A DNA stretch of 60,655 nt, the filler included, from Piptocephalis cylindrospora (lineage: Eukaryota), in the NCBI GenBank assembly GCA_003614145.1. It is 10 parts of 10 records of this genome, joined end to end, with 100 filler letters (N's around TTAATTAATTAA, not from the genome) between each part and the next. Parts side by side here need not be neighbours in the genome. Positions count along the whole stretch, not along the records: positions 12,194 to 18,185 come from KZ988334.1; positions 18,286 to 24,268 come from KZ988335.1; 8 more parts are not named here. One strand, written 5' to 3'. Positions 12,256-24,193 of this stretch are shown here, piece after piece. The notes below the pieces were generated by a model. That model did no database searches and was not told the DNA's origin. It saw only the letters and a list, made by a program, of their open reading frames with translations. Position 1 is the stretch's first letter, and every line of letters starts with the position of its first letter. The translations under genes were made by a program, and so were the position numbers.

Positions 12256-13221
12256 TCACTCTGCCTTGGTTTTCTTTTCAATCAACAAAACTTCTCCATC
12301 CTTCCCAAAGGGAATGGACCCCAGTAGAACTGACAGGGCCATCTGCCCAGCCAAATAGCCTCCAAGCCCGATCCAAGGGATACGGACCCAGGCAATATAC
12401 AGGAGACCATAGCCAAAGACCCTCCATCCCCAGTACCGAAGCCAAATCCGTCGCTCTCGGGGCTTCAAGGCTTCGCGACAAAAGTAGGGCTCAAGCAACT
12501 CTCGACCCAGCTGTCTCGCATCCTGCCCCACTTCTAGAGCCCAATGGGCAAGTGGACGGGTGAGGGGAATGAGGGTAGTGGCGGCGATGATTAAAGCGAA
12601 AGGTTTCCCAAAGGCCCGGGCCGTCAGATAAAATCCCACCATGGGCAGGATATACGGGCCGATAAGAGGCATTGGGCTGAGGACCAATATGACGAGGGAG
12701 AATTGGGCACGTTTCCAGGATCGACGACAAAAATCCATCAGCTCCCTCCAGTACCGTCGATGGTATGGCCGGGTGCTTAGACGGGCATGAAGCTCGGGCT
12801 CGAGGAAGAGTGCACCCTCTAGGAACGCTTGGTCCAGGAATTGAGGGTAGCTGTACTGTAGACCCTGGAGGAGTAGGAGGGGCAAACGACGACCGATCAG
12901 CTCGACATTGTCCATCAGATCCACAATCCTCCCCTGGGCCTGCTGGGTCGAGAAGGAGTGTATGAGTCGGAAGGGCAAGAGTAGAATGTATTGAGTGATG
13001 AACTCGGTAGCAATGTATACGACGGTAAGCCATAGTACGGTCACGAGGAGTCGGCGGGTCAGGTGGGCATGGTAGGTGAGCTCCCAAAGGCTGGCCAAGG
13101 CCAGTTTGAACCCTGAGACCACTTCTTCCCAAGCTCTACCCCTTCTTGGGGGTGCATCCCGTAGAGGGTATTTTCTTGGTGGGAGAGGAGGGGGTGACTG
13201 AGTATTTTCTTTTGTAGACAT
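12256..13221 (-). CDS. Fungal multi-pass membrane protein (UsgS/EI24-like)
   Basis: Long ORF with several TM segments and the motifs LDQAFLEG, PLIGP, RELLEPYF and IPWIG. Confidence 0.6.
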   Translation of the reverse strand: MSTKENTQSPPPLPPRKYPLRDAPPRRGRAWEEVVSGFKLALASLWELTYHAHLTRRLLVTVLWLTVVYIATEFITQYILLLPFRLIHSFSTQQAQGRIVDLMDNVELIGRRLPLLLLQGLQYSYPQFLDQAFLEGALFLEPELHARLSTRPYHRRYWRELMDFCRRSWKRAQFSLVILVLSPMPLIGPYILPMVGFYLTARAFGKPFALIIAATTLIPLTRPLAHWALEVGQDARQLGRELLEPYFCREALKPRERRIWLRYWGWRVFGYGLLYIAWVRIPWIGLGGYLAGQMALSVLLGSIPFGKDGEVLLIEKKTKAE

Positions 13222-13401
13222 GGATGGGATGAAGCAATGAAGGGAACGGAGAGAGAAAGGGAGGGGTTGAACCACACGCGTCATGAGGTGGATGCCTCGA
13301 ATAACTGTATGGCATTTCAGGCTCCGTCTTATGATCGGCATTTGATGGAGCAGCCAGGTGATTGGTTCGGCCCATTACCCCCATCACGTAATTTGAAGAC
13401 A

Positions 13402-14511
13402 TTATGAATGGGAAGAGGAATTCTTCAAGACATTGGTGGCGGGAAGATTCCACTTTTTCCTTAACCGTTCCTGGATGTTCTCAATGATAGGGCCAATGGC
13501 CTTACGAAGAAGATCCTCAGTCTTGGACAGAAGGGGGGATACGAGGAGTTCTTTGCCCATGGAGAGGGCATTAGAGCAGGTCTCAACAAAGAATCGAGCC
13601 AAGCCAATGCACAAGGCCTCCTCGAGCGAATCGAGGAATGCAAGAAAATTACGACGAAGAGCCGTCTTTAGTCGTTTCTTTAGCTCCTTCCTCCACTGCC
13701 CAGCCGGGGCATTATGACGAATCATGCTGATGATCTCGACAAACAGGGATTTGAGGTCATCCAGGATGAGAGAGAGAAGGGCCACCTGAAGTCGGGCTAG
13801 CACTACCCCCGGGCCCTGGTTTAGGCTGGGTTCCAGGGTAGTGACCAGTGTTTCCAGCCCAGTGGCCTTGAACCGACGAAGCGATGAGCTATGCTGGAAA
13901 CTTTTTCGATCGATTATGTCAGGCAAGGAATAGATCTCCTGACGAAAAGTGGCTTGCACGACTGATTGAAGTTTATGACGAATCCCGCCAATCTCCTCCT
14001 TCACCTCGTTCCTAATTTTGGTGGAGGTAACACTGGCTGTTTCAGCAATCTGAGGTGGAGGAGAGGTAATGCCATCCAGGGGAGATATGTCCGGGAGAGT
14101 AAGATCCGGGAGAGTGAGGTCCGGGAGGGTGAGATCCGGGAGAGCGGACGTTGGGGGGTCGGATACCTTCCTCCCCACATCCCCAATCCGGGAGGCAGAG
14201 TACCCACCATGATCCTTGGAGGTGGAGCGTTCTTCCGAGACGAGCTGATCAATCGTTCGATTAAAGTGCTGAACCTGCAGGTAGATGTCCTCTTTCTTCT
14301 CGGGGGCGCTGCCCGGATCCAAAGGATCCAACAACTTAGACAAAGGGTCAGATGGATTAAATGTATCACTGGAGGACTGATGCAAGCTATCCATGGCACG
14401 CGAGTACGATGGAGCAGCCAAGGTGATTGTAAAGGGACATAGTAAAAGAATAATGGGGAAATGCGCAAGTGAATTGATAGGAAGGAATGGAGAGAAGGAG
14501 AGGATAGTCAT
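13402..14511 (-). CDS. Hypothetical secreted protein with PDLTL repeats and a helical C-terminus
   Basis: 369-aa ORF with a signal-peptide-like stretch ending TITLA|AP and the repeat LPDLTLPDLTLPDLTLPDI. Confidence 0.55.
   Translation of the reverse strand: MTILSFSPFLPINSLAHFPIILLLCPFTITLAAPSYSRAMDSLHQSSSDTFNPSDPLSKLLDPLDPGSAPEKKEDIYLQVQHFNRTIDQLVSEERSTSKDHGGYSASRIGDVGRKVSDPPTSALPDLTLPDLTLPDLTLPDISPLDGITSPPPQIAETASVTSTKIRNEVKEEIGGIRHKLQSVVQATFRQEIYSLPDIIDRKSFQHSSSLRRFKATGLETLVTTLEPSLNQGPGVVLARLQVALLSLILDDLKSLFVEIISMIRHNAPAGQWRKELKKRLKTALRRNFLAFLDSLEEALCIGLARFFVETCSNALSMGKELLVSPLLSKTEDLLRKAIGPIIENIQERLRKKWNLPATNVLKNSSSHS
14090..14143 (-). repeat. 15-bp coding minisatellite (about 3.6 copies)
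   Basis: TCCGGGAGAG-centred units every 15 bp, encoding (LPDLT)n. Confidence 0.8.
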
Positions 14512-15988
14512 AACGAAGGAGAAAAATGGAAAGATGATGGAGGGGAGGTGGGCAGAGGAGGGGGAAATTGGTCAATTCCACGGAAGGATGAGATGAGGAT
14601 GAGATTGAAAGCGGGAGCGAGAGTGCAGGGATAGGGGAAATTAGCGTTAGGCAGGGAGACGGGTAAAAAAGGTAAGGGCGATAGATGGGGATGAGGAGAT
14701 GAACTGTGGTGAGGAACGGGTGTCTCACGACCTGAATATATACCCAAACGGAAAGGGTCACGCGTAATATGTCCTCCTGGGTCAGGGTCAAGTATTGTCA
14801 GGGGGCCTAGGCAGATAAGGGGCATAGGTGTGTCCAGTCGGAGTTTTCGCGTAGGTCATCAGCCCGGGCTTACACGTGCATCGGACTTCAAAGAAAGGTT
14901 GGTTGAGTGATGGGAGAAGGAAAATATGGAAAGTTTGGTCAGGTTGGCCTAGTAATAGAAGAGCATGAGAAGCCAGCGCCACCTCTATTAGACATGGCCT
15001 TGTAGCGTGATGATTCCATATGGGATGTGGATTATACGATCTTGAGGGAGAATTTGGAGGCTGGGGAGGGGAAAACGGATAGGGTGAGGTATTCAATTGA
15101 TGTAGGAATTGTGAAGAATAGTTTGATGCATATATGTTCTTCACCAGCGGTTAGGGGTGGACTGGTGTAAAGTTCGATTATGGGGGTATGCTTTGGAGAG
15201 GAAAATACATTTTTGGTTCCCCGTTCCAAGCGTTCGATGAGAGGATGATTGACACGAAGTATCAGCCTTCATCTACATCTCATATAAAGTCAAACTTGGT
15301 CCATAAGGGATAGAATCAGGAGGGGAGGTTGTGTGCAGAAGATATAGCCATGCCGATTTGCTACCAATTTTCCTAAAGCATATATTTTGTATTATCTTCC
15401 CCAGCCCCTCACTTTCGCGTTCAGGTCACTTAAACGAGCTCATCCCGGATAACGCAACGCAACACGACGCCCTTTTCCTAGGACATCATGTCTTTTTTAT
15501 ACGAAAGGTCACGCGCTTATCTCTAAAACTGCTAAGGCTCTCCAGAAAGTCATTCAAAGATCAATGGCCTATGAAATATTTGTCTTATTAGAACTAAGCC
15601 CGAAGTCTTCAGCTTTTATCTATAACAAACCAATATACCCCAAGAAAGCCTCACATTGCAGCATCTTTATGCCAAAACACCTTCCCATTCCTCAGACGAT
15701 ATGAACAAATACCTCGAGTATCGGTCCGTCCCCGCCCCTTTTCTGCCGGCTGGACCAGCTCTTGAACGGTCTCCCACGGGGGTTTATGGGAGTGAGGCAC
15801 ACTTCGGCTACTGAGAGCTCCGTGGGATGCACGCTCCCACTCCCGACCAGGAGATCATGGCCCATAAAGCGGAGGGCCAAGTCAGCCTCCACTTCTCCTT
15901 TGATATCCCGCCCCCCATTGACTTCTTATTACCCTTCTGCTTTGTCTCATTAACCAACTCAGCTTCCCCATACCACATCACAATCCTC

Positions 15989-16954
15989 ATGCCACCCAAA
16001 GGTACTAGCACCCTGGATTACACAGATCCCGAGGCTACGGCTTTGGGCATCACGGTCGTGCCCGAGTGGACAGAGTTGAACGGCAAAGACCCGCTCTTTT
16101 ACACGCTGACCTATCTAGCCCCTACGCAGCCTCCCAAGGCCACCTTGACTCTGCTCCACGGCTATGGTGAGCATATTGATCGCTTTGGCGAGCTGATGCG
16201 TCACTTGGCCAAGTCTGGCATCAACGTCCTTGGCTTTGATCAACGCGGCTTTGGCCGAACCGGCCGGCGTAAGGGACCTCTGGGTCATACGGGTGGATGG
16301 AAGGTGCTCGAGGAGGACATTCACCAGGCCAACCAGCGTATTCGCTTGCCCAATGTGCCCCATTTTATGTTTGGTCACTCGATGGGCGGGGTCAACGTCC
16401 TGACCTTTGCTACTCGCAATGATCACGATAAGGATTCCCTCGCCGGGGTCATCGCCTCAGCCCCGGCTATTCTCCAGGATTCCAAGATCCGTCCCAATCC
16501 CGTGGTGGCATGGAGTGGGACTCAATTGGCCCGTGTCCTCCCCACATTTCCTGTGACCGTTAATATTGCTCCAGAGAATCTGACCAAGGACTCTGCCGAG
16601 GTCAAGCTCTTCCAGGATAGTTATTACAACTTTGACGCGACCACCGTTCGCTCCATGGCTGACCTTCTCGCCAATGCAAAGGCCCTGATGGGCGTGGATC
16701 GCCCCGCTCGTCTTAAAGTCCCTCTCCTCCTTGTTCATGGTGAAGATGATCGGGTTATCTCTATCGAGGGGACTCGTCAATTCAAGAAGCATGCAGTTAA
16801 CTGCCCCGACTTAACCTTCAAGGCCCTTCCCGGCGAGCTACACGAACCTCACAAGGGTAGCAAGCGAGAAGAGCTTTTTTCCACTTACGCCTCCTGGATC
16901 CTAGAACATGTGGATGGTACCAACACCAACGATCCCTCCAAGGATGAATCGTGA
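15989..16954 (+). CDS. Alpha/beta hydrolase, monoacylglycerol lipase/lysophospholipase (Hydrolase_4)
   Basis: Motifs HGYGEH, DQRGFGRT, nucleophile GHSMGG, HGEDD and HE. Confidence 0.9.
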   Translation: MPPKGTSTLDYTDPEATALGITVVPEWTELNGKDPLFYTLTYLAPTQPPKATLTLLHGYGEHIDRFGELMRHLAKSGINVLGFDQRGFGRTGRRKGPLGHTGGWKVLEEDIHQANQRIRLPNVPHFMFGHSMGGVNVLTFATRNDHDKDSLAGVIASAPAILQDSKIRPNPVVAWSGTQLARVLPTFPVTVNIAPENLTKDSAEVKLFQDSYYNFDATTVRSMADLLANAKALMGVDRPARLKVPLLLVHGEDDRVISIEGTRQFKKHAVNCPDLTFKALPGELHEPHKGSKREELFSTYASWILEHVDGTNTNDPSKDES

Positions 16955-17263
16955 GAGGTAGCTCGGGGAATGTGTGAGATGAGGAACGAGGGAAAGTTTG
17001 ACTTTCCCCATCTCTTAGTCGAGACAAAGTAAATTTTGTTTTTAGGTGCGGTAGTATCAAAGAAAAGAAATGACCCATGCTTGCGTGTGTACGTAACTTG
17101 ATGAATACATGAACATGTCTAAGCTATCTTATCCCTATGAATCATCGCGTTACAACACCGACAATGCTAACTTTCTAAAGCCTTATGATATAGAAAAATC
17201 CTGATAATAATAGACATTCCCACGGCAGAGCTCTTCCCGCTCTATATCCTCCATAATATTACC

Positions 17264-18144
17264 TCAAGCCCTCTTTAGATCAATGGTTCCATCCATGCTT
17301 AGATGATACTGTCTTCCCCGCCACTCCACCACCGTCCCACACATCGCCCAGACCCAGAGAGGAAGAGCCGTCCCTTCCCGCACTACCCAGGCAGCCAGCC
17401 AAAGCGCGGTTTCCTTGATCACAGAGGCTTCTGGGGAGATTACCAGGGCTAGTCGATCCTTTTGCCCGTGAATCCATCGAAAGACCAGGATATCGCACAC
17501 TAGCCAGATCAAGAGATGGACAAAAAAGACGGGGAAAAAGGGTAGGCCGAACAACACTTTCATAGACCATGCTCCGTAGGCCCCACACGCCAGGCTTTCG
17601 GTGAAAGGTTCAAAGAGTGTGGCGGCCGTAACATTATACTTGCGGATCCGACTCCATCTGGCCCGTCGGCCATAGTAGGCCCCCACGGACATGGGGCCCA
17701 AGGGCTGCCAGGCCATGCCGATAAGGTGATGACCCCGCTGCCCTAGGTGGAGGATACGCTCGGCAATCATGTTGTCCTCGGCCAGATAATTGGCAAATGC
17801 TCCCAGGCCGCCGATCCGCCCAATATCCTCCTTACGATAAAGGTTGCTCTTTCCATTGACGCACGAAGCTGTTGCGGTCCAGTTGATACCCGAGTACATC
17901 CGAGCATGGGTGGTGTCCAGGAACATTTGCTCCAGACGTGCTCCAAACCCTCGTGGTTCAATAGCGAAGGGAAGATGATGAACGAGACCGATCCCGGGCC
18001 TACATAAAGCTTGGGCAGCCCTTTCCATAGATCCGGGCTCCACTCGAACATTCGAATCTAGAACCCACAGGATTGGGTGCTTGGCCTCCTTTAACGCGGG
18101 TAGTAGCGTATTAATCTTTGGATTGGCGCCCCGTTGAGTATCGG
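17264..18144 (-). CDS. Ceramide glucosyltransferase (GT21), 3' exon; 5' part missing
   Basis: Motifs NPKINTL, VLDSN, GKSNLYR, YLAEDNMIA, RRARWSRIRK and EPFTES. Confidence 0.9.
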
Positions 18145-18285
18145 CTATAAAGGCAGCAAGAAGGGAATGAGAAGGATGGGGAAGCNNNNNNNNNNNNNNN
18201 NNNNNNNNNNNNNNNNNNNNNNNNNNNNNTTAATTAATTAANNNNNNNNNNNNNNNNNNNNNNNNNNNNNNNNNNNNNNNNNNNN

Positions 18286-18341
<56 letters not shown>

Positions 18342-19815
18342 GAGGAGGAATAGGCCTCTGCGTGAGGAATGATATGGGATGGGGAAGGAGAGGAGGGTGT
18401 AGGAGGAGGGAGGGAGGAGCATTTTGGAAGCTGGTCGACAGGGATTCGACCTTTAATACGCGATTGGAACTACGGATCAAGGCCAACAGCCCAGTGGTCA
18501 AGGGAACCAACGAAGGGGGCTAGTGAGTGGTGGGGGATGCTGGCAAGGGGGTGAGCGCTGATCTCTTAGCGGATATACACAGCATGAGTGGATAAGTGTG
18601 GGTGTGAGGATGTGGCGTAAGAAAATTAGAGAACGAGTGACCTCAGTATGAGGCCATAGTGTGAGAGAGACATATTTAAGCAGGGGGCTACAGCACTATA
18701 GAGAGAGCCGGTCGCGTCTGTCTCATCCTGAAATCCTTTCCGCTATAGGATGGGGGGATTCATGGCGAAAAAAAAAGAGATCAAGCCTCGTGTGTGTACG
18801 TGTGCGCGACCGAGTACGCGAATTGGTAGTGCTCCCGAGGTCTTTAGGGGCAGTTGGAGGGATGGGAAGAGATAAGCTTGGACCAGGCTATGCGTGTGCG
18901 AGGAGGTCGAGCAGGTCAAACTCGGTGTGGATGAAACCTTTTTTTTGTCTTGGGCATAAGCAACAGCCCTTCCTCTGTTGAGCAGTGATGATGGATGGTG
19001 GAGCTGGATAATGCTTACTTTTTGGAAGAACAAGGGAACCTTCCATGAAGAAAAACAAGGAAACGATGCATCCACGAAAATCTCCGGGGTCATCGCCACG
19101 TCTTAATAGAGGAGGGCGGCAGATAAGGTTGCACAGGTATGCTAGTCCATGTCGTAAGCGTCACATAAGCGCGTGGGGCATGGGGGGGAAGTGGTCATGG
19201 GATGGTACAGGATATATCCTTGTACCCTGAATAAATGCTTCTTGGCAGAGATGTATGCTCGAAGGCCTGACTGTACCTCTCAGTCAAACGGGCTTTGGAT
19301 ATTTGATGATGGAAAAATAATTCCATTTGAGTGGCCACCACTTTCTCCCCTTGCCCTGAAGTGTTCATCTTCCCCTTGGCCCCTGTCCCCAAGCCCAGGT
19401 AAAGGCGATGGGCATTAGCAAGCCGTTTCTGGCTGATCCCACCTTCACTGCTCTGGTACAACGTTTTTCCTTTAAAAGACCGTACCAAGTTTACCTACAC
19501 ATACTTGGGGGATACCTTTTGAAGGACAGAGATCCAATCACCCTCTATATAATCATCCATTTGATGGATCGATGGAAAAGGTGCCCTGGTGTTGTCTCAC
19601 CCTGATCCAACTAGAGCTGGTCAAACACTAGGTACTCTGACCTTCTCATACAAGAGTCGTGATGGCGGGGCATCAGCACTGTGGTATAAATACGACAAGG
19701 ATCAATGGGGTATGCAGCCACCCCCTTCGCACACGCACAGAAAAATCATCTTCTCTTCCCTTCCCACCCCCTCCCCCTAGTCGTTCTCACTTGTTTAAAG
19801 ACACCTCATCCCCCC

Positions 19816-20214
19816 ATGTCCTATTTTACAGCGGCTGGGCCAGATGCTACGGCTAGACGTCGACAAAAGATCATCAACATCCCTATCCGCACAGAGCCCA
19901 AGGTGTACTTGGCCAACGAACGGACTCTACTGCACTGGCTCAACTTCTCTGTCATCATTGCCAGTCTTGCCCTGACTCTCCTGAATTTTGGGGATCGGGT
20001 GAGCCGAGTCGCTGCGGTGGGGTTCACCATCGTGGCCGCTGCCCTAGCCTTCCGTGGTCTTCTGGTCTTCCTGTGGCGTAGTGAACGCATTCGCCAAAAG
20101 GACGAATTGGATTATTCTGATCGATGGGGCCCGTTCATGCTGGTCACCAGCATCCTCGCGGTCATTGGGATGAATACGTGGATGCGACTTGCAGAGCCCG
20201 ATACTTCTGCATAG
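19816..20214 (+). CDS. VTC1: Vacuolar transporter chaperone 1 (polyphosphate, DUF202)
   Basis: PIRTEPKVYLANERTLLHWL, three TM segments and YSDRWGP. Start codon uncertain. Confidence 0.85.
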   Translation: MSYFTAAGPDATARRRQKIINIPIRTEPKVYLANERTLLHWLNFSVIIASLALTLLNFGDRVSRVAAVGFTIVAAALAFRGLLVFLWRSERIRQKDELDYSDRWGPFMLVTSILAVIGMNTWMRLAEPDTSA

Positions 20215-20924
20215 AGTACAGGTGTGTTTCTGTTTTGATGCCTGAGAGGGCGAAAGAGGGGATGGATCAGTCTACTCTTCATCTGTGTACTTTGGGAAAA
20301 CTGAAGCACTGTTGTATCTCATTCAGAGTGAAAGAAATAACCGTGTGATTCAATGAATTTTAACTAACTAGCACTTTAAAGCATTCGTCCTGTTTGGCCA
20401 AAGACTTCAGTATCCCCATATCATCAGCTGCACCTTACAGACAATAGCCCATCCAAGCATTCATGTGTAGATGTGCCATGATGATGATGGGCCCAGCTCA
20501 AAGACGCGCTGATTGCCCTATTCCTGTGTAAATGTCATTGTCTAGCGTAGCTTCAATGATCTTGAAACGGTCATCTAGAAAAATGACCCATCTCTTTGGT
20601 ACCCTATTCAATAGAACCGATCAGTGCAAAAGGTCGAGGTGGTGTTGATCACAGTGATGAAAAAGCTGGAAATAAACCCTCCCCAAAACTCCTCTCAAAA
20701 TCATCCGTCGGGATTGTTTACCACACACTGACAAGTACAAAGAAATGAACGAAAAAAGAAAAAAAAAGAAAAGCGCACTGCGCACCGCCGCTTTCCCCGC
20801 CCACTGTGAAGTCATTCCTCTCATTGCTCCAAAGCAGCTTTCCTCGCGCCCACCCATCCCCAGCTCCATCACTAAACCCTTTGCTTTACTTTACTTTCCC
20901 TTCACCCTCCATCATCATTATCCC

Positions 20925-22142
20925 ATGGACCCCTTTACCCAGGAAGAGCTCAACGCATACTCCCTGGCCTCCCAGGTGGCTGAAGGTAGGCGCTCATTCT
21001 TCCCCTCCTACACCCATAGCCTTTCCACTGACACCTTTATCTCTTCTCAGAGTGTATCAAGGCCCTGGCGGTGCGTGTCGTATCCGGTGCCCGAATCGTC
21101 GACCTCTGCTCTTATGGAGATGCCCATATCGAGTCTCTGGTATGACCCATGCTTCTGTGATCGTCAGAAAGACCCTCTCCTCATTCCTTCCCCCCTCTAG
21201 ACCCAAGCCCTTCCCCTACCAGATACCTCCGTGGAGCGTGGTGTTGCCACCCCAACCACCGTCTCGGTCAACGAGGCCGTAGAGTATGTCAGCCCCCTTT
21301 CCTCGGCCGAGAAATGCCTGATTCCTGGTGACTTAGTTAAAATTGCCTTGGCTGTCCATGTCGATGGATACATTGCCTCCCTGGCTCAGACCCTCCTGGT
21401 CCCCGGCCCCTCCCCGGCCACTGCTCCGAGGCGTGGAAAGGTCGCTAACGTCGTATGTGCCACCCATTTTGCTGCCGAAGCTGCCCTTCGTGCCCTTCAA
21501 CCCGGTGTCACCGCCAAGGAGGTGACCCGAGTCATCCAGCTGGCCGCCGCCCATTACGATTGCCATCCCGTTCAGGGCACTGCCTCCACCCAAATGCAAC
21601 GGTATGTCCGACATGCCAAAAAGGCCATCCTGTCCATCGTCGACAAGGATAGCGCAGGTCTTCTCGAGGATGAGACCGTCGTCACTGTTGGCGATGTTTG
21701 GTCCCTCAACATCCTTTGTTCCACTGGTCCCGGAACTGCTCCCCGCGTTGTCGGCGACGGATCGTCCATGATCTACCAACGGGATGTCAATGCTTCCCAC
21801 GCCCTCCGCCTCAAGGCTTCCCGTGCCTTGTACTCCCACATCGATCGTGCCTTCCCCGTCTTCCCCTTTGCTCTTCGGTCCGTCCAGGATCCTCGTTTCC
21901 GTCTTGGTCTCTCCGAGTGTGTTAACCATGGTCTTCTCACACCCTTCGTTGCTCGCGAAGAGAGGGCCGGTGATCTCGTTGCCCAATTCTCCCTCACCGT
22001 CCTCATCACCCCCGCTGGTCCCATTCGCCTCACCCTTTCCCCCATTCCCCTTCCCTGGATCCATTCGGACATGGAGATCCCCGAGGAGAGTGATCTTGCC
22101 GCTCTTCTCGCCCTCCCCGTCCAGGACCTCCCCCGGTCCTGA
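20925..22142 (+). CDS. PA2G4/Ebp1/Cdb4/Arx1-family M24-fold protein (3 exons)
   Basis: Spliced sequence includes VVSGARIVDLCSYGD, RGVATPTTVSVN, GDLVKIALAVHVDGYIA, LRLKASR and FPFALR. Confidence 0.85.
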
Positions 22143-22300
22143 ATAGATTGTGTTTGTGTCTGTGTCAGCTTGGTTTGCCTCGTGCGAGAGGGAAGAGATG
22201 ATTCATTGACATGACCCCTTCCCCTCTATTATCGCATCCCTCCCAGTTTAAATGATGTGCCCCCTTCATCTCACAGCAATGTTGACGCGGAACTCTCCGT

Positions 22301-24193
22301 TCACTTGAGTCGCTCACGCTCTAACTCTCCCTCCCACGTCCTCTTCCATGCCGAGCCCCCTTCGGTTTGCTCCATGCACCCTCGCACCATACTGCTCATC
22401 TCCTCATGTTCCTCTACTCCATCCATTTATCCAGCATACCATGGACATGTGAGTATGTTGTATGAGCGCCTCCCACTTCATCCATTCCCTTGACCCACAA
22501 AAAAAGCTTACCAAAGGATACACAGGTAGAAAGGATCGCAAGAGATCGAATGGCCGCTTGAACCTGCTCTCGGTGCTTCTCTACTTGCTGCTTCACCGCC
22601 GAGGTGGGTAGCTTGCGCTCAAAAAGACCTCGGTATCCTGGGACCAATCGGTTCACGTACCCATCTACCACCCCAGGTGCCTGTCGGGCACATCGCACGA
22701 TCAGAAGGTACAGGATGGGTGGGATGCCCTCCCCATCATCCTTAAAGCCTTCAGTCACCACATGCTCCATGGTCCTATCCACCAAGGTATCCACCTCCAC
22801 CGAGTTCAGACCTCCCCCAACAAGGCCATTTAGGAGGGTGTATACGGTTTCATATGCAAATTTCCGCGTTTCAAGCCCATCATCGACCTTGTACTTGAAC
22901 GGTCCCATGTCAATTACCCGTACTAAATTGGCCCTAACCCGTAGTTCCTGCACAAGGATAGTAAAAAGGACCGCCCGTCTCTGCGTCCGATTTTCCTCCA
23001 AGGCCAAGGAAGGCTGAGGCCCCCGCTTTCCTCCCATCATACCAACTTGCTCATGCTCTCCCTCAGAGGGGGAGAGGAGAAGGGAGGGATCTTTGTGAGC
23101 GGCGACGTGAAAGAGGGAGAATATTCCCGATCTTTCCCTTTTTCTCATCTCCCCATCCTCTTGCTCCTCTTCTTCCTCTAAAACCCCTTGGGCCTGATCG
23201 ATCGTTTGACCCAAAAGGCTTCGTAAAAGGTGAACAATGGCCATGTCCCTCCTTCGGGTAAGGCCCTGTTGACCATGCCTACCTTCCCCCCCTAGGGCTA
23301 TGATGGATCTTCTCCCTTGGCCCCCTCCTCGGGATCCAACCACATGACGGGTGGACCAGGAGAGAAGACAGGCTCTCAGGATCCCAAGGGAGAGTATTCT
23401 CTGGGATGTATGGGAACTCCCGAGAAGGCTCTCCATCTCCTTACTCACCTTTCCTTGAGGATCCAATAAAAGAAGCTCCCCGAGGCATTCCGTAGCCTGG
23501 TTAAGGACTTGTCCCTTGCCCTCTACCGTTTGATCCTCTACTCGGCCCTCCTCTTCTTGGTTCTGCTGCTTCTTCTGCGCCTTCCTATCCCCTTCTTTCT
23601 CTTCCTCCCGAGTGTGATAAGCTACTAGGGAATTCCTAGTGGTACATTGAGGGGATAGATAAATAAGCTCTTTCCCCGGTTGGAACGTTGTTATAACCGA
23701 AACCACTCCATCCCATATCTCCAATCCTCCCCTAGCCATGAGTTACATACCAGAGGGATAGAGTGGGTAAGGCCACTTCCCCATCCTCCCAATCCCAACA
23801 CCAGCGAAGTTCGTGCAGAGATTGGTACACTGCCATGAGAGCCAAGGGCTCAGGCGAACCGGAGAGCATCTTGATCCAATGCTCCATCCATTGAACTGGT
23901 GAAGCGACTGCCATAGCACCTATTGTAAGGAAAAATAATAATTAGGTATGCTTCTCTCAGTGAGATACCTCGATGCTCAAGTATAAAAAGTATGCTTTTC
24001 CTCCAACGTGAATCTTACCAAGAGATTGAGCAATAATTCGGGATCGTTCCCCGGTTTGACTCTCTGAGGATAGCATATTCAGTATTCTCATTCCCACATC
24101 TGTATCGTTCCCGTTCTGGATCAAGCCGCCCAATCGACCGTATTCGCCTAAGCAAAGGACAGAAACGGTTCCTTTCATGTTCAAGGAGACATC
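22301..24193 (-). CDS. CAND1: Cullin-associated NEDD8-dissociated protein 1, C-terminal part (multi-exon, 5' truncated)
   Basis: TIP120 signature LVRVIDMGPFKYKVDDGLETRKFAYE, plus LCLGEYGR and ECLGEL. Last exon ends with TGA at 22301-22303. Confidence 0.85.

Noticed and set aside
18286..18340. Long poly-G run and poly-Pro ORFs at contig ends (also about 42617-42640)
   Set aside because: Homopolymers at assembly breaks with unreliable length; no coding evidence.
21333..22064. Long antisense or alternative-frame ORFs over real genes (also 8678-9394, 12491-13132, 45385-46110)
   Set aside because: Shadow ORFs expected from GC-rich third codon positions, with no recognisable motifs.
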